Shown: positions 24,554 to 36,116 of the stretch, piece by piece | Layout: each line of letters begins with the position of its first letter | Numbering within the stretch: position 1 is the stretch's first letter | NCBI GenBank assembly: GCA_011109175.1 | Contig: RDEW01000014.1 | Coordinates: 1 to 64,000, forward strand | Origin: Dicyema japonicum | Lineage: Eukaryota > Animalia > Dicyemida | Direction of reading: 5' to 3' | DNA: 64,000 nucleotides | The notes under the pieces: model-generated | What the model was told of the DNA's origin: nothing | Database searches by the model: none | Seen by the model: the letters and a program-made list of their open reading frames with translations, nothing else | Translations under genes and position numbers: made by a program

Positions 24554-25382
24554 TTAGTAATTGAATATTCCAACCTGTAAAGGATGAAAACGACTTCTAT
24601 TATATTTTATTAGGTAAATGATGGCAGAGATCACAACTATCCCGCCAATTACACAAACTGGTAGTGGAGAATTGTTTTCTAAAATTAACTTAATATTACT
24701 CAATGTATCACTTTTTACTGTACTGTGAATTGTAGCTGTATTTAATTTTGAAATCATATGGGAAGTTGATTTGAATCGAAGATTTCTTTCAAAGTCACAT
24801 CCGAGTGCTAAATGTCAGTATTATAAGTTACTGTTTCCAGTAAATGTTGTCTTATTATCTGTTTTAAATAGTTGCATTTTCATGTCTTTAATTTTTATAA
24901 TTCCATATTTAGGAATAGTTATTACTATTTCACTGCAGTTGTAATAACCGTTATTTAAAATTTTCGAACTTGGAGTAAACATAAATGTAGTATTATAAAT
25001 AAGTGATAATCCCCAAGAAATATAAGAAATATTATTTGATCTATTGGAAACGAATATAGTAAATTCTACATCATTTTTCTTCCACGTGAGCTCACTAGGA
25101 AAATGTTCAGAAAAATCAAAATCAAAAATAGCATCGTTTAAATTTTCATATTTCATCTTTTATTAAATATAATGTGACTACAGTATTATTAATTTTATAT
25201 TCAACTTCAATTATTCCACTAAATAAAGTTAATACTTGGTTGTTTTTTGTGGCACCCCATAATGTTACATTATTACGCAATTTTTCAAAAGTATTAATAT
25301 TCCACCTCACTAATTTATTGCTTACTAAACAGGTATATATTACTATTATTAATTTATTTTATAAACCTAGTAATTGGAGCAT
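24554..25382 (-). CDS. LAMP-like type I membrane glycoprotein, paralog B (complete, 251 aa, 4 exons)
   Basis: Exons 25382-25367, 25342-25182, 25156-24832, 24807-24554; introns 24, 25 and 24 nt. Signal peptide MLQLLVIYTCLVS, at least seven N-x-S/T sequons, Cys pair (YYNC...LGCD), TM helix PVCVIGGIVVISAIIYLI, short tail. Confidence 0.8.
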
Positions 25383-27049
25383 ACTCACAGCAAATGTTAT
25401 AGTTATGAATCAAAATTTTATATTTAAATAGAAAATAATAAATATTTTAAATTTAATTAACAAATAATACAGTGTTAATGTTGTCATGGAAAATTTCGTT
25501 TTTTCGGGAGCGAAAGCTACGCGCCCTCTCAATAGCCGCTATTATCCAGTCCGAATTCCCAGAGGTCGTTGAAAAGGTTGACAGGGGAACAATTGTGGTT
25601 CTTTTAGTTGACAGATTGATACTGATATCCAATTTACTCAACGTGAAGGTGAACCACATCGAATATTTGAATTTTTGTTAAATATAACCTTATGTTTTAA
25701 GTTTATCACATGACCATGTTTTTCTCGTATCAGAAATTATCCCTAAAAAATAATTATCACTTTATTTCTCGGTAAAACTCCCACAGTTCGACTTATAATT
25801 AAGGCACGTAATGCCCCAAAATCAAAGGTTTCCCCAAAACAGAGGTTTTCCATATAGCTCGAAAAATAAAGAAAAAAGACAATATTGTTTAAAGTAATCA
25901 GTTATTTTCTCTCCAAATTAATATTTATTTTTTATTCCACCCTTCACTTTCTGTTTGAATTTCTAAAAATCAAAAAGATAGTCTGGAATCAATAATGTTT
26001 GCTTTCGAGCTTAAAGTTTTTGATATTGATGGTTCACATTCTCTATCCTTATAGAGATATGCATCATTATACTACAGCATAGTTGCTGAACATTCTACAG
26101 TTTTCATTTCTCTTTACAATGGAGACACCGCTCTGTATGTCAACTGAAAATTTTTCCGTCCTGTAGGGAATTATCTACACCTACAATCGGAGGTGCATGT
26201 TTCCATACTGGTGTCATACTAAAGACAAATTCACATAACATGAGGATCTTTCAGGATATCAAAGACTAATGTGATGGTTTTGTTAATTAAAATATCACTT
26301 TGTAGTCTGGCTATGAGCTTGCTCTGGAAGTCTTAAATTTATGTTACATACGTTCTTTTACGACAGTATGAGTCTGATTCAGTTTTTCTCTTTCAGCAAC
26401 GCTTGGAAACATTCAATTCAGGAATTTGTCAAAATCTTATCTCTAATAAATCTATATTACCTTTTGGTTTAATATACTATTCTAAGTTTATAATCCGAAA
26501 ATTTTCTTTTAATTGAATTTTAGAGTTTTTTTTACAAATTCAACAAATTCGTTATCAGTAGATTTGTAAAGAAAGAGTGGCAAGAAGCGTACAATAGCTC
26601 CAAACAATGAAGTTGGAAAATTAAAATATGATTAATTATTTTCGTTTAATTTGACTTTAATTAAATGTATTTTATTATTATAATTATTTATTGTGCTGTT
26701 GTGCACGCATCCAAAACTTCCCACCAATTCCTCTGATGAAGATTGCATTATGAAAACTATTCCGCTAAAGAATGAGGTGATGTCCGCGACGGTCGGACGT
26801 GGGACAAACATGGAAGAGGGCGGATCTACTTCCCCACCTCTCTTCGGAAGCGGAAGCTTATAATGAAGTATTGGAAGATGGATTTGGTCGGAGAAGCAGA
26901 TGTTCTTTCTTTGGTTCCTTCCTTGGATTAGTTAGTTATGACGGTTTGTGCTGGGCTTACAATGATATGCCTGGGATTAATAATAATAAAACTTCGCCTC
27001 TAATCGCGATTACGTTCAGTTGCAAGGTCATCAGGTTGGAACACGCACC

Positions 27050-27400
27050 TGGTTTCTGTTCTACGTCGCCATGAGTACTGTAATTAGGCATGGAAAACCA
27101 GTGAGTAAATGATTTGAAGAAGTAGAGAAAAAAATGGTTCTTTTTCATGATCACTGGCATTTTGCACGACGAAATAGGAGAATCACATGAATTCACGATA
27201 ATATTAGTAAATCATGCTTATGTTTCTTCAACTCTTAAAGAACGCTTCCCATGTGCGTTTCTGTAGAAACAACGGAGACTATGTCAAAGGTGAAAAAATT
27301 GTCCTGTGTTGATTCAGGTGGTAATCCTCTTAGTCGTTCTATGACGCTTGGAAGGATCTTGTCTTTAATACCAAATTACTAATGGAGAACAGAGAAATGT
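27050..27400 (-). mobile_element. Possible Penelope-like RT fragment
   Basis: IERLRGL...FTFDIVSV resembles the PLE SFDV.SL motif. Confidence 0.3.
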
Positions 27401-27989
27401 GTTCAGATTCGTTCTGACGACACTGATTATTTTGAATTCTCAATCTGTCTACTTAAAAAATGAACTATTGTTGTTCGTTAATGTTCACCTTTTCTTGTGA
27501 ATAAACAAAATGATGGTCAAAGAATATTAGATTCTTTATGTTTTGGAACTAAGGAGGTAATCAGATAATCTTTCTTTAACAATTATTTACAAAACAAAAC
27601 AATGAGCTGATTCATCCATGGTTCGATGGAATAAGTCAGGGTTAGAAAACTATTTTATTTGGTCTTCAAAAGTCGCTCATGAGTTTTTGAGAATTATCTC
27701 TAATATACTACTGAGATTTCTTATAAAGACTTTTTTATTGTTTCTAATCCGGTATTTAATGTTTCCAGTAATAAAGTGCTTCCTTTTAACATTTCTAAAT
27801 TTAAAAAATATCAGATAAATCGTTGAATTTTCAAAAATATATTTAAAAACTCAAAAAATTATAAATTGGTTACTGAGATATAAATTCTATAATTTTTTAT
27901 TAAATATTGCAGAATACTTGTAATTGAAATCTGCAGAATACTTGTAATGGAAAGGTAAATGATATTGTGATATGTTGTCTTAAGCAATG

Positions 27990-29190
27990 CTTAAAATACC
28001 AAGAATTATGTGTCCGAACAACGCCCACTTGTTTAAAGATATTTCATTAACCAGAAAACTGTTGCCGAAAATATTAATGAAAAATCTTTGAATTTAAACA
28101 CAAATTAAAAACTGAATAGTTAAAATTAAACTAGTTTTCAATTACGATCGATGAAACAGTCTACGTTGTTAAAATTGCACAATTAGCAATCTTTGTTAGA
28201 GTCTGTGATTCAGATTTTAATATTTCTGAATAATTTCTCGTACTGGAACCAATGCACGATACTAGTACAAGTAAAGATATCTTTGTAAATTACTACAAAT
28301 TCTTTTTTACTATGTGTTGATTTGAAGAAGCTTGTATGTTTGAGCACCGATGGCGCATCGAATATTTTTATTACTATTATTAAGAAACGCACTCCCGAGA
28401 AAACATAAAATTAGTTAAATTCCCTTGTGTTGTATTCCGAATCATCCTCTCCGTTTGCTCAACCATGATCTTCCGTTGCGCATTAGTTCTCTTAGGTAGT
28501 TCATGTGTCCGCTATTTCCAATATAATTTCAGATGCTGATCACACTATTGTAGCACAGCAAATCAGATCCTGATGGACTGAAAATCGAGACCATAATGTC
28601 GGCAGACCCAGAGGGAGGGTAGTAAAAAGTGGAATCTGCCAAACAGTTCTGTTGATTGTACGGTCGTTTGTTTTTTGTAAACAGCAGACAGAGATATCAT
28701 ATTTTGTTAGATCGCATGCCAGTTGGTGTTTCTGTAAGGTTGTTTAAGTCTTCTGCAATAAAAAGATCGAAGAGTGAACGGAGAAGTCAGTAAGTAAAAC
28801 GAAATAAGACATAGTGCAATAGAAACGTCGTCACCACTTCAACCAAAAAGAATCGAAAATAGTTGAAGAAATATATTCATCAGCAAAATTTGTGCATAAA
28901 GTTTTAAATGGAAAATGCTTTTAGTTTGTCACGTAAACAGTAATCTATATCAGAGGGTGCTCAACAACCACAATTTATTGAACTGCTATAGATATGAATA
29001 ATCAGTTCAGCTAAATTTTTTTTATACTACAGTCCGTTGGTTGTCACTTCACAGTAATGATAAGATTTCATTTTCTGAGACCGAAAATAATTCTAATTAT
29101 GCCAAAACACAGACAAAATGAAATGTCAATCTTGGTTCAAAGATATAGCATTTTTAGTGGATATTACCACACACATCAATAGAAAGGGGG
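27990..29190 (+). mobile_element. Interrupted hAT (Charlie/SPIN-type) transposase remnants
   Basis: FSITIDETVYVVKIAQLAIFVR; KKLVCLSTDGA. Confidence 0.62.
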
Positions 29191-29199
29191 CATGGTTAA

Positions 29200-29380
29200 T
29201 TTTTATTAATTTTGTGCTTCGTTTTACTGTGTTCTTTATGGGTAGGGAAGATAAACGTTCTCGTCTTCAAGGAGTGCTTTGATCAGTTTTGGAGTCTTTC
29301 AAAGAGAGTTGCATTAACTCACCTGGTCTTAATATTTCATTATATGGCACCATTTTGGTTTATATTTCAGTATTCGTAGT
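29200..29380 (-). repeat. Dispersed repeat homologous to 57050-57190 (+)
   Basis: Shared ccatataat...tatcttcc.tacccataaagaacacagtaaaac. Confidence 0.6.
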
Positions 29381-29699
29381 AAAATGACGATGCTCCTTAT
29401 ATAGTCAATTCTCCCACCATCGTTCACAACTGTTTGAACATATTCCTTTTCATTGAGAGTAATCGTGTGTGAGTAAAGCTAGTAGTTTATGTCCTTACAT
29501 GATTAATTAGGATAATGCATACGCCGTTCTGCATAAATCTGAGGAAAACCGTCCGTTCTTTATCACCTATCAAAGTCGATTACTTCTTTAATCGTTTTTT
29601 AAGTAAAATTATTCTTTTAGAGACAATAGTACAGCTGTGTAATTCAGTTGTCCAACCAGGATAATAATTAAATCATAATAAATTTGAATTAATTAACAC

Positions 29700-30596
29700 C
29701 AATTTTATATCCCAGAAAAATGAACCATTAAGTTAGTTAAATGTTAATTAAACTCCTCAAATTCCAAGTATATTATACTTGTTTTTAATGGCACTGCAGA
29801 TTATTAGACTGAAATATTCACTTGTCGGCCTGCTGTTTTTTCTAAATATATTATTTTCTAACATATACATTTTATTATCTTTGAGATATAATCTCTATTA
29901 GTTATTGCTTCATATCTATACTAAATATAATATCATACGCCTCTGGATTTCCGAATGAATCGATGCAAACGATAACACTATATTAATTATTATTAAAAAT
30001 ACTCATTAAAATAATAAAGTTGGAAGTAATTTTAAAAATTTGAATTACACTTATTCCTTGAGGAAAGATCTACATTAATTACAAAAAAACTACAATTCAA
30101 AAGCATTGATAAATTTTCCGCAAATTCGATAGATATGAATTTGAGGGAATTACAGTAATCAAAATGTCTATAATTTAAAAAAATATGTAACAAGTCTTTA
30201 ATGTAGGTGGGAGTGTTTGGTTGTCTACAGTTTTTAAACTTTCATCATAATACCACATCGACTATGAATATTAATAATAATTACAAAGCATCTAAATTCA
30301 TTCCCAATAATGAAAGGTTTACATAAGGTTCAAATTTAATATTTTGAACAATTAATGCACTACATAAAATTCAGGTAGGCCAGTTATCGAATATGTACAA
30401 TTAATCCAATATCTTAATAATTTATATTTAATACAGAGCTCCATTTTTATTAATTCGTTTTTGCATAAATTCTGTGATGTCAAAATATCGAATGACAAGT
30501 TTAACACGAGAAAAGTGAACATCTATAATTAAATACCAAAATGAATATACGATAACCACAAGAAATAAAAATTACTACATGAAATACAGTCGTCAT
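29700..30596 (-). pseudogene. Unidentified intron-rich host gene with possible signal peptide, frameshifted
   Basis: ATG 30596. GT-AG segments of 28, 22, 23, 24, 24 and 25 nt (30550-30523, 30434-30413, 30284-30262, 30191-30168, 30093-30070, 30002-29978). The first three exons splice in frame (MTTVFHVVIFISCGYHVHF...LYWINCTYSITGLPEFY); later exons do not join in one frame. Confidence 0.42.
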
Positions 30597-30889
30597 AATT
30601 AATTATAATTTTATTAAATAAAGTGTTGGATTAAAAAAATAAAATTAAAAAATAATTTAATTAAATTCACACAATTTACATGGTTTTCCGATTTGTTTAA
30701 TAATTTTACCATAAAATTTAATAAATTTGTCAAAAATGTCTAATAACTTTGCCTTAATGTTTAGTAACTTTATCAAAATACTTAAAAATTGTGTCAAAAA
30801 GTTTAATACCTTTTGAATAATGTTTAATTACAGGTCAATTTGCGCGAAAATAAAATTTTAAGTGAATCTGAAGATAGGCTACACACATT

Positions 30890-31000
30890 GACTCACAATA
30901 ACCAATCCTTTGTTGTCTATCTGGAAGCTGCTCTTCGTAATTTGAGAGCTAAAAATTGTCCTACTTTTATCTAGGAACTAAGATATGCGTATGACCTGGA
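30890..31000 (+). mobile_element. Short LINE RT fragment
   Basis: YLEAALRNLR...ELRYAYDLDF. Confidence 0.45.
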
Positions 31001-32399
31001 TTTTGTTTTAGAAGAATGATGATAGCTAATTCTTTTTAGACAAGAGTACTGCAGGGTAAATGAAATTATTTTTTTCAGACAAGAGTACTGCAATGTAATT
31101 TAATTGGTCTAATTTTGGAGGATTAGACGTGAAATTAACACAAAGCAGTATGAAGTAGTTAGCCTGAGTATGATAAGAGAATCTTTTGCCTTTTTAGAAT
31201 CAAATAGATGATATTGTTCCAAGTAACGAATGACCAACATTCGCTCTCTCGAATTGATTTTATGTAAAATATTAAAAAATCGAATAAGGTAATCAATTAA
31301 TGACAAAATATTTCTTTGTGCGATTTTGGCTACATATTATCCTCGGATGATCTTTTTACTTGAAAGTAAAAATAGGTCATATTTCTCCTTGACCGTAAAA
31401 TTAGGTCAACCGTTAAAGTAATTTTAAATATACATTTGATGACTATAGATGCTATTAGTATTCTTAATATTATTCGCAACCAAATGTGGATGCCAGGTTT
31501 AGGTTTATTCTGACTTTACCACTTCTCTTATTTCTGGATCTGTGGACGATTAGAAGAAGATTTTCTGAATGATCTAAATGACCGAATTATTCTGAAATCA
31601 CATTAAGATATGTTTTTGAAAAATATATAGTTCCTTGAGATTAATATGATACTGGAGGTCTGCTTCAAGACGACTAGAAATTAATCAACAAATGCTTGGT
31701 TTAATGTTTATCAATGTGGTAAAATTGGCAACGTTCTGACGACGAGGCAGTGAGAATAGCTACATTGCTCCGTTTTGACCTTAATTTTGTGTTAATGAAA
31801 ATGCATCTGTGGACGCTGAATCGATGGTTATCAGTCTTTAAACTGATTTATGGCTGGTCCACAGACATGAAATAACAACTTGACTTTAAAAAATGTTTCT
31901 TTCTTTGCGATGGCAACACCCCGAAGGGATAACAATACTCCCATTCGCTAATGGTCGAAACATTGCTGCGGCGTTCACATGTTAAAAAATACTCTCCATC
32001 AAATTTGGCTGGAATCCAGTTTATGACACCGAGGATCATAAAACTAGACTTGTTCCACAAAGTTCAGCTGTAAAAAAACAGGAACTACTTGGCCCACAAG
32101 AAATCGAGAAATGCATTATTTAAGAGATGTAGCACTATACCTATCAGTTTAGAATTACTGGAATCCAGAAGGAAGCTTTTCGGACACGTGCTGAGGATGA
32201 ATTAACATCCCCACCTAACATATCTATGGAAACATACTATGTTAGTCAAGAAGGCCGCTATCGTCGAAGACCAAATACAACAATGCCAACAGTTTTACAA
32301 ACAATAAAAACCTCGTTAAAATTAAAAGAAATTTAAAAACTGCCGACGACCTTGACACTATGGTCCACATATATGGTGGCAACTCTGAAATAATGATTA

Positions 32400-33473
32400 T
32401 ATATTGTATTGTTTAATTAAGTCGTGTCCTTGGAGATCGCATGAACGAGTTTCCTCAACTCTCCCCGATCCGTTGCAATTTGGAGTAGCCTTAAAATAAG
32501 AATTCCCGTAACCTCCTCCACCGTGGATAGCTATCAATTCTTTGGTTGGCCAGGTCTTCTCTTCCGAGTGATATTGCTCAACATAATGGTTCTTTCAAGG
32601 GAATCAGAGCGGACAACATGCCCAAAAAACGCCATTCTGTGTTTTACGATTCTTCCTTCTAGCGAAATGTCCGTTTCCACCCGTTTGAGTACATCAATGT
32701 TTGTTAATTTAAAAGTCCAATGGATTCTTAGTAACCTCCACCAGTACCCAGCTCAAAAGCATCAATTTTTCGTCTATCCACCTTTTTCAGTATCCATGAT
32801 TCTGCGCGGAATAGGAAAACAGGTAACACGATTACATTAACCAGTCTGCATTTGGTCCTTAAGCAAATATCTTTGCTTTTCCAAATTCTATTCATTCTCT
32901 GGAAGGTGTCTCGTCCCATGGCAATTCGCCTCTTGATTTCCAAACCTCCGTCATTATTCCGATTAATTAGACTTCCCAGAAAGACAAAATTATCTCAAAT
33001 CTCTTGTTTCTTATTCCCAATTTTTTAGTTCCATTATTAGCAGTAGTCATAATTTCGTTCTTCTTGATATTTAGCAATAAACCAAAGACGACGCTCTATT
33101 CTCTGAATCTTAGAATCAACTCCCTGAGGCCATCCTCTGTTTCAGCCAGTAAGGTTGCCATCGTCAGCATAGCGCAAATTATTGATGTTGCTTCATCCAA
33201 TTTTAATCCCTTTTTTGATACAGTATCCAATTTAGTCATGATCATTTCGGCATAAATATTGAATAAGAAGGGAGATAATAAGCATCCTTGTCTTACTCCT
33301 TTACTAATTTTAAACCAATCGGTATCTCCATACACTGTTCTAACAGTAGCTTCTTGATCCTTATAAAGAGATTTGATAAGCAATATCAGATGGGCATCGA
33401 ATCCAAATTCTTTCATAACGGACCACAGCTTGTCATGTATAACGGAATCAAAAGCTTTCCGATAGTCAATGAA
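32400..33473 (-). mobile_element. RTE-clade LINE, 3' part
   Basis: FIDYRKAFDSV, KGVRQGCLLSPFLFNIYAE, EIKRRIAMGRDTF, RKIDAFE. Confidence 0.87.
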
Positions 33474-33770
33474 GCTTCGGCAGGAAAGTGCGTGGAGTCC
33501 TTTCGCGTCGACTATTCCTCCACATCTACAGCGATGGATTGCGCAAACATCGATTCCGAGGCGGACGCAAACCCCAATCCTCGTGAGTCATCGTCCAGAA
33601 AAGTTCCGAGTGAAATGCACGGGAATGCTTTGAGCCATGCACCGCTTACGTTTGTTGATGCGATAGCCAGACAAGCCAGACGATGCTGGTCGAGTTGTGG
33701 TTTTAGCTCATCGATGGTCCTCGAACATACAAGTTCGTTCCAGTCTCGTTGTTTGTTGAAGTTGAAGTTC
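33474..33770 (-). mobile_element. CRE-clade fragment fused to the RTE element
   Basis: GAWLKAFPCISLGTFLDDD; HRCRCGGIVDAKGLHALSC, homologous to 20450-20640. Confidence 0.78.
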
Positions 33771-33774
33771 TTCG

Positions 33775-34140
33775 GAAAATTTATAAAGAATTTCTCACGC
33801 TACATAACTTTCATAGTTCTACTAAAGGAGCTGATATATTCCGTGAATTTCGTGATTTCCTTGAAAAGGCACATTTGGATCTTTCAAAAATATTTTCAGT
33901 AAACTTACGCGAATAAAAAGTAAGTATCGAAATCGATTGACTGATGAACACCTAATTAAACTTTTACGTACATAGTCTTCGAACTTTACTCCACGTTTCG
34001 ATAAAATAGTAGTGGCCAAGCAAAATCAAGTCTCACATTGATTCTCTGTTTACGTAATAAAACCTTTTTTCTTTAATCAAATAAAATATACTCTTAATTA
34101 TCGATTTGGCCCTTGAGCTAAAAAAGGTTGAGAACCCATG
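33775..34140 (+). mobile_element. hAT fragment with terminal inverted repeat
   Basis: KEFLTLHNFHSSTKGADIF..F..FL; ends AGGTTGAGAACCCATG (34125-34140). Confidence 0.6.
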
Positions 34141-34375
34141 ATCTACGCCTATTGTAACCTTAGCAGTTCTCGCACAAAACACATTTAACTATCGTGGTAA
34201 TTTCTATAAATTCCCCACTGTCACTTAGATGGTGGTTAAACTAGATTGATTCTCATTTAAAATTTAAAATATAAGCGTTGGTCTCCAAAAACAACATATC
34301 CTCAAATATTGGCTAATCATAGGAAATAAACAAAAAATAAAAAAGTATCAAACATTAACCAGAAATTGTTAAAAG

Positions 34376-34662
34376 TTAGAATCGTAATCTCTGAGCCAAT
34401 TTTAGATCACTGAGATATATGGTTACTCTCTTGGCATGAGCTGCACACAAATTAGCGTCTTCGAACAGTGATATTAGAAACACTTCAGAAGCGTCCTGAA
34501 GGCACATGAGAGCAGAAGATTGAAATCGTATAGGATTTTCTTTAAATAAATTCATGGCAACATCCCTCACAACTCGCGCAAATGGCAATTTTCTTAATAA
34601 AATCTTGTCATTCTTTCGTATTCCTGTTTTTTTAGTTTGGATGGTTCCCTCTTAGTTCTCAT
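34376..34662 (-). CDS. Divergent histone H3 variant, CenH3/CENP-A-like, with a 1-nt frameshift in the N-tail
   Basis: Histone fold [66 protein letters not shown] start at 34662 is out of frame across an A7 run (34627-34633). Confidence 0.8.
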
Positions 34663-34799
34663 AACAAAAAAAAATATCCAATCGCCAAATAAAATTTATA
34701 TTTAAATTATATAAAATTATTTTATATGTAGTATAGTTGTTTAATTGGAAATTTGTTAAAACAAAGTAATTTAAACAAAAAGGTCATACAGCGCCACTC

Positions 34800-35400
34800 T
34801 GACCGCGTAGCTATTCCTATCATGATGGCGAGCGCTCAAATTGGCAGCAATGCTCACGTGGATCTTCTACTGTTCGCGTAGAAATCCAATTCCCTAAAAA
34901 CAGCGTCGCAGGCGCAAGTGAACTAGACGTTTCAACCGCGAACGGGAACAAGAAATTTTCGAGTAGGAGCGCGACTTTGCCCTTTTTAACTTTCGGCCTC
35001 TCAGAGGCAGAACAGGATCCAGAGGCACTCCGATGTAGTTTGTAAGGGGCGAATGTTTCGGTACAGATGACGTACACTGCAGTCTTCTGCTGGAGAGAGG
35101 AGTAAACTGTCAATCTTGTCTCCGCATCGGCGCATGCGGAAGGCAGACCTTTAATCTGAGTCGTAATAAGATTTCAATGCGGACACATTCATCCATTAAA
35201 GTATTCGAACGGCTCTGAGTAAGCACCGCTATCGGAAGACAACAAACAAGCACGGCGGTGTCGGTTAGATGACACCAGATATTCTTCAAATTACTTCCAG
35301 CATACGGCTTGGTTCAGACCCCGTTGAGAGTTCACGGAAGGTAGAGGAAAACAGATGAAAGGGTCCAAAGATCAATCTACGAATGAAACTTAGCAGGGAT
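34800..35400 (-). mobile_element. CRE-clade RLE domain fragment
   Basis: RRCGDKID; FPFAVETSSSLAPATLFLG...EDPRE. Confidence 0.68.
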
Positions 35401-35899
35401 TAAACGATTAATCTACGATAGAATTTTCACGAAACGAACCCTAGGGAAATGTTTCTGAAAGATTATTATTCGAAAAATAATCATGTTTTAATAGAAAAGT
35501 CATTAAGCACTCAGAGAGTTATTTCACTGGATTTCGTAGGTATTTCAGAATACTGCCTTCTTATCCGTGTTCTGAGATCGAGGATGAAAATCCCATCCGC
35601 ATCTTTAACCACGAGGATTATCGATTAGAAACTCTTTATACCTAATTGACTGCTTTGCACCTGAATATCTTTGAGATCCGATCCTCTTTCTTTTCGCTCC
35701 TTATGTTCTCATCACTATTGTTTCCTCTTCTAATAGTTCCATCATCTGGATTAATGTCAAATCTTTTATCACATCTGATCTGGAGACCTTGCCGAATCTC
35801 AATATCTCCTTACGTGGACGTGAGAAACGTATTCAACAAAACATTTATTATTTATCGATGATCTGAAGATACTTGCGGGGAAGAGATTTATGATTATTT

Positions 35900-36060
35900 C
35901 GATGTTGTTTGTCTCAAAAGAAGTACGAAAAGTTGGCAACTAATCTTGAATCCATGAATGAAGTGAAATTTCTGCATGGACAAGAGAGCTATCGGTACCT
36001 CGGTGTTTTTCGAGGACAAGGAAGTAATATCATGAAGTCTTGAACAATATTGCTGAAAAA
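35900..36060 (+). mobile_element. Short LINE RT fragment
   Basis: GQESYRYLGVF. Confidence 0.33.
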
Positions 36061-36066
36061 TGTGAG

Positions 36067-36116
36067 AAAGAGGACTATATAAACTTGTTCCGCGGACTCC
36101 AGGTTGGGAACCACTG
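36067..36116. mobile_element. hAT-type TIR end
   Basis: AGGTTGGGAACCACTG (reverse complement CAGTGGTTCCCAACCT). Confidence 0.45.

Noticed and set aside
26733-26770. Hammerhead ribozyme (CTGATGA...GAAA), also checked near 3755, 9043 and 44360
   Set aside because: Stems I-III cannot be formed around the core in any of these.
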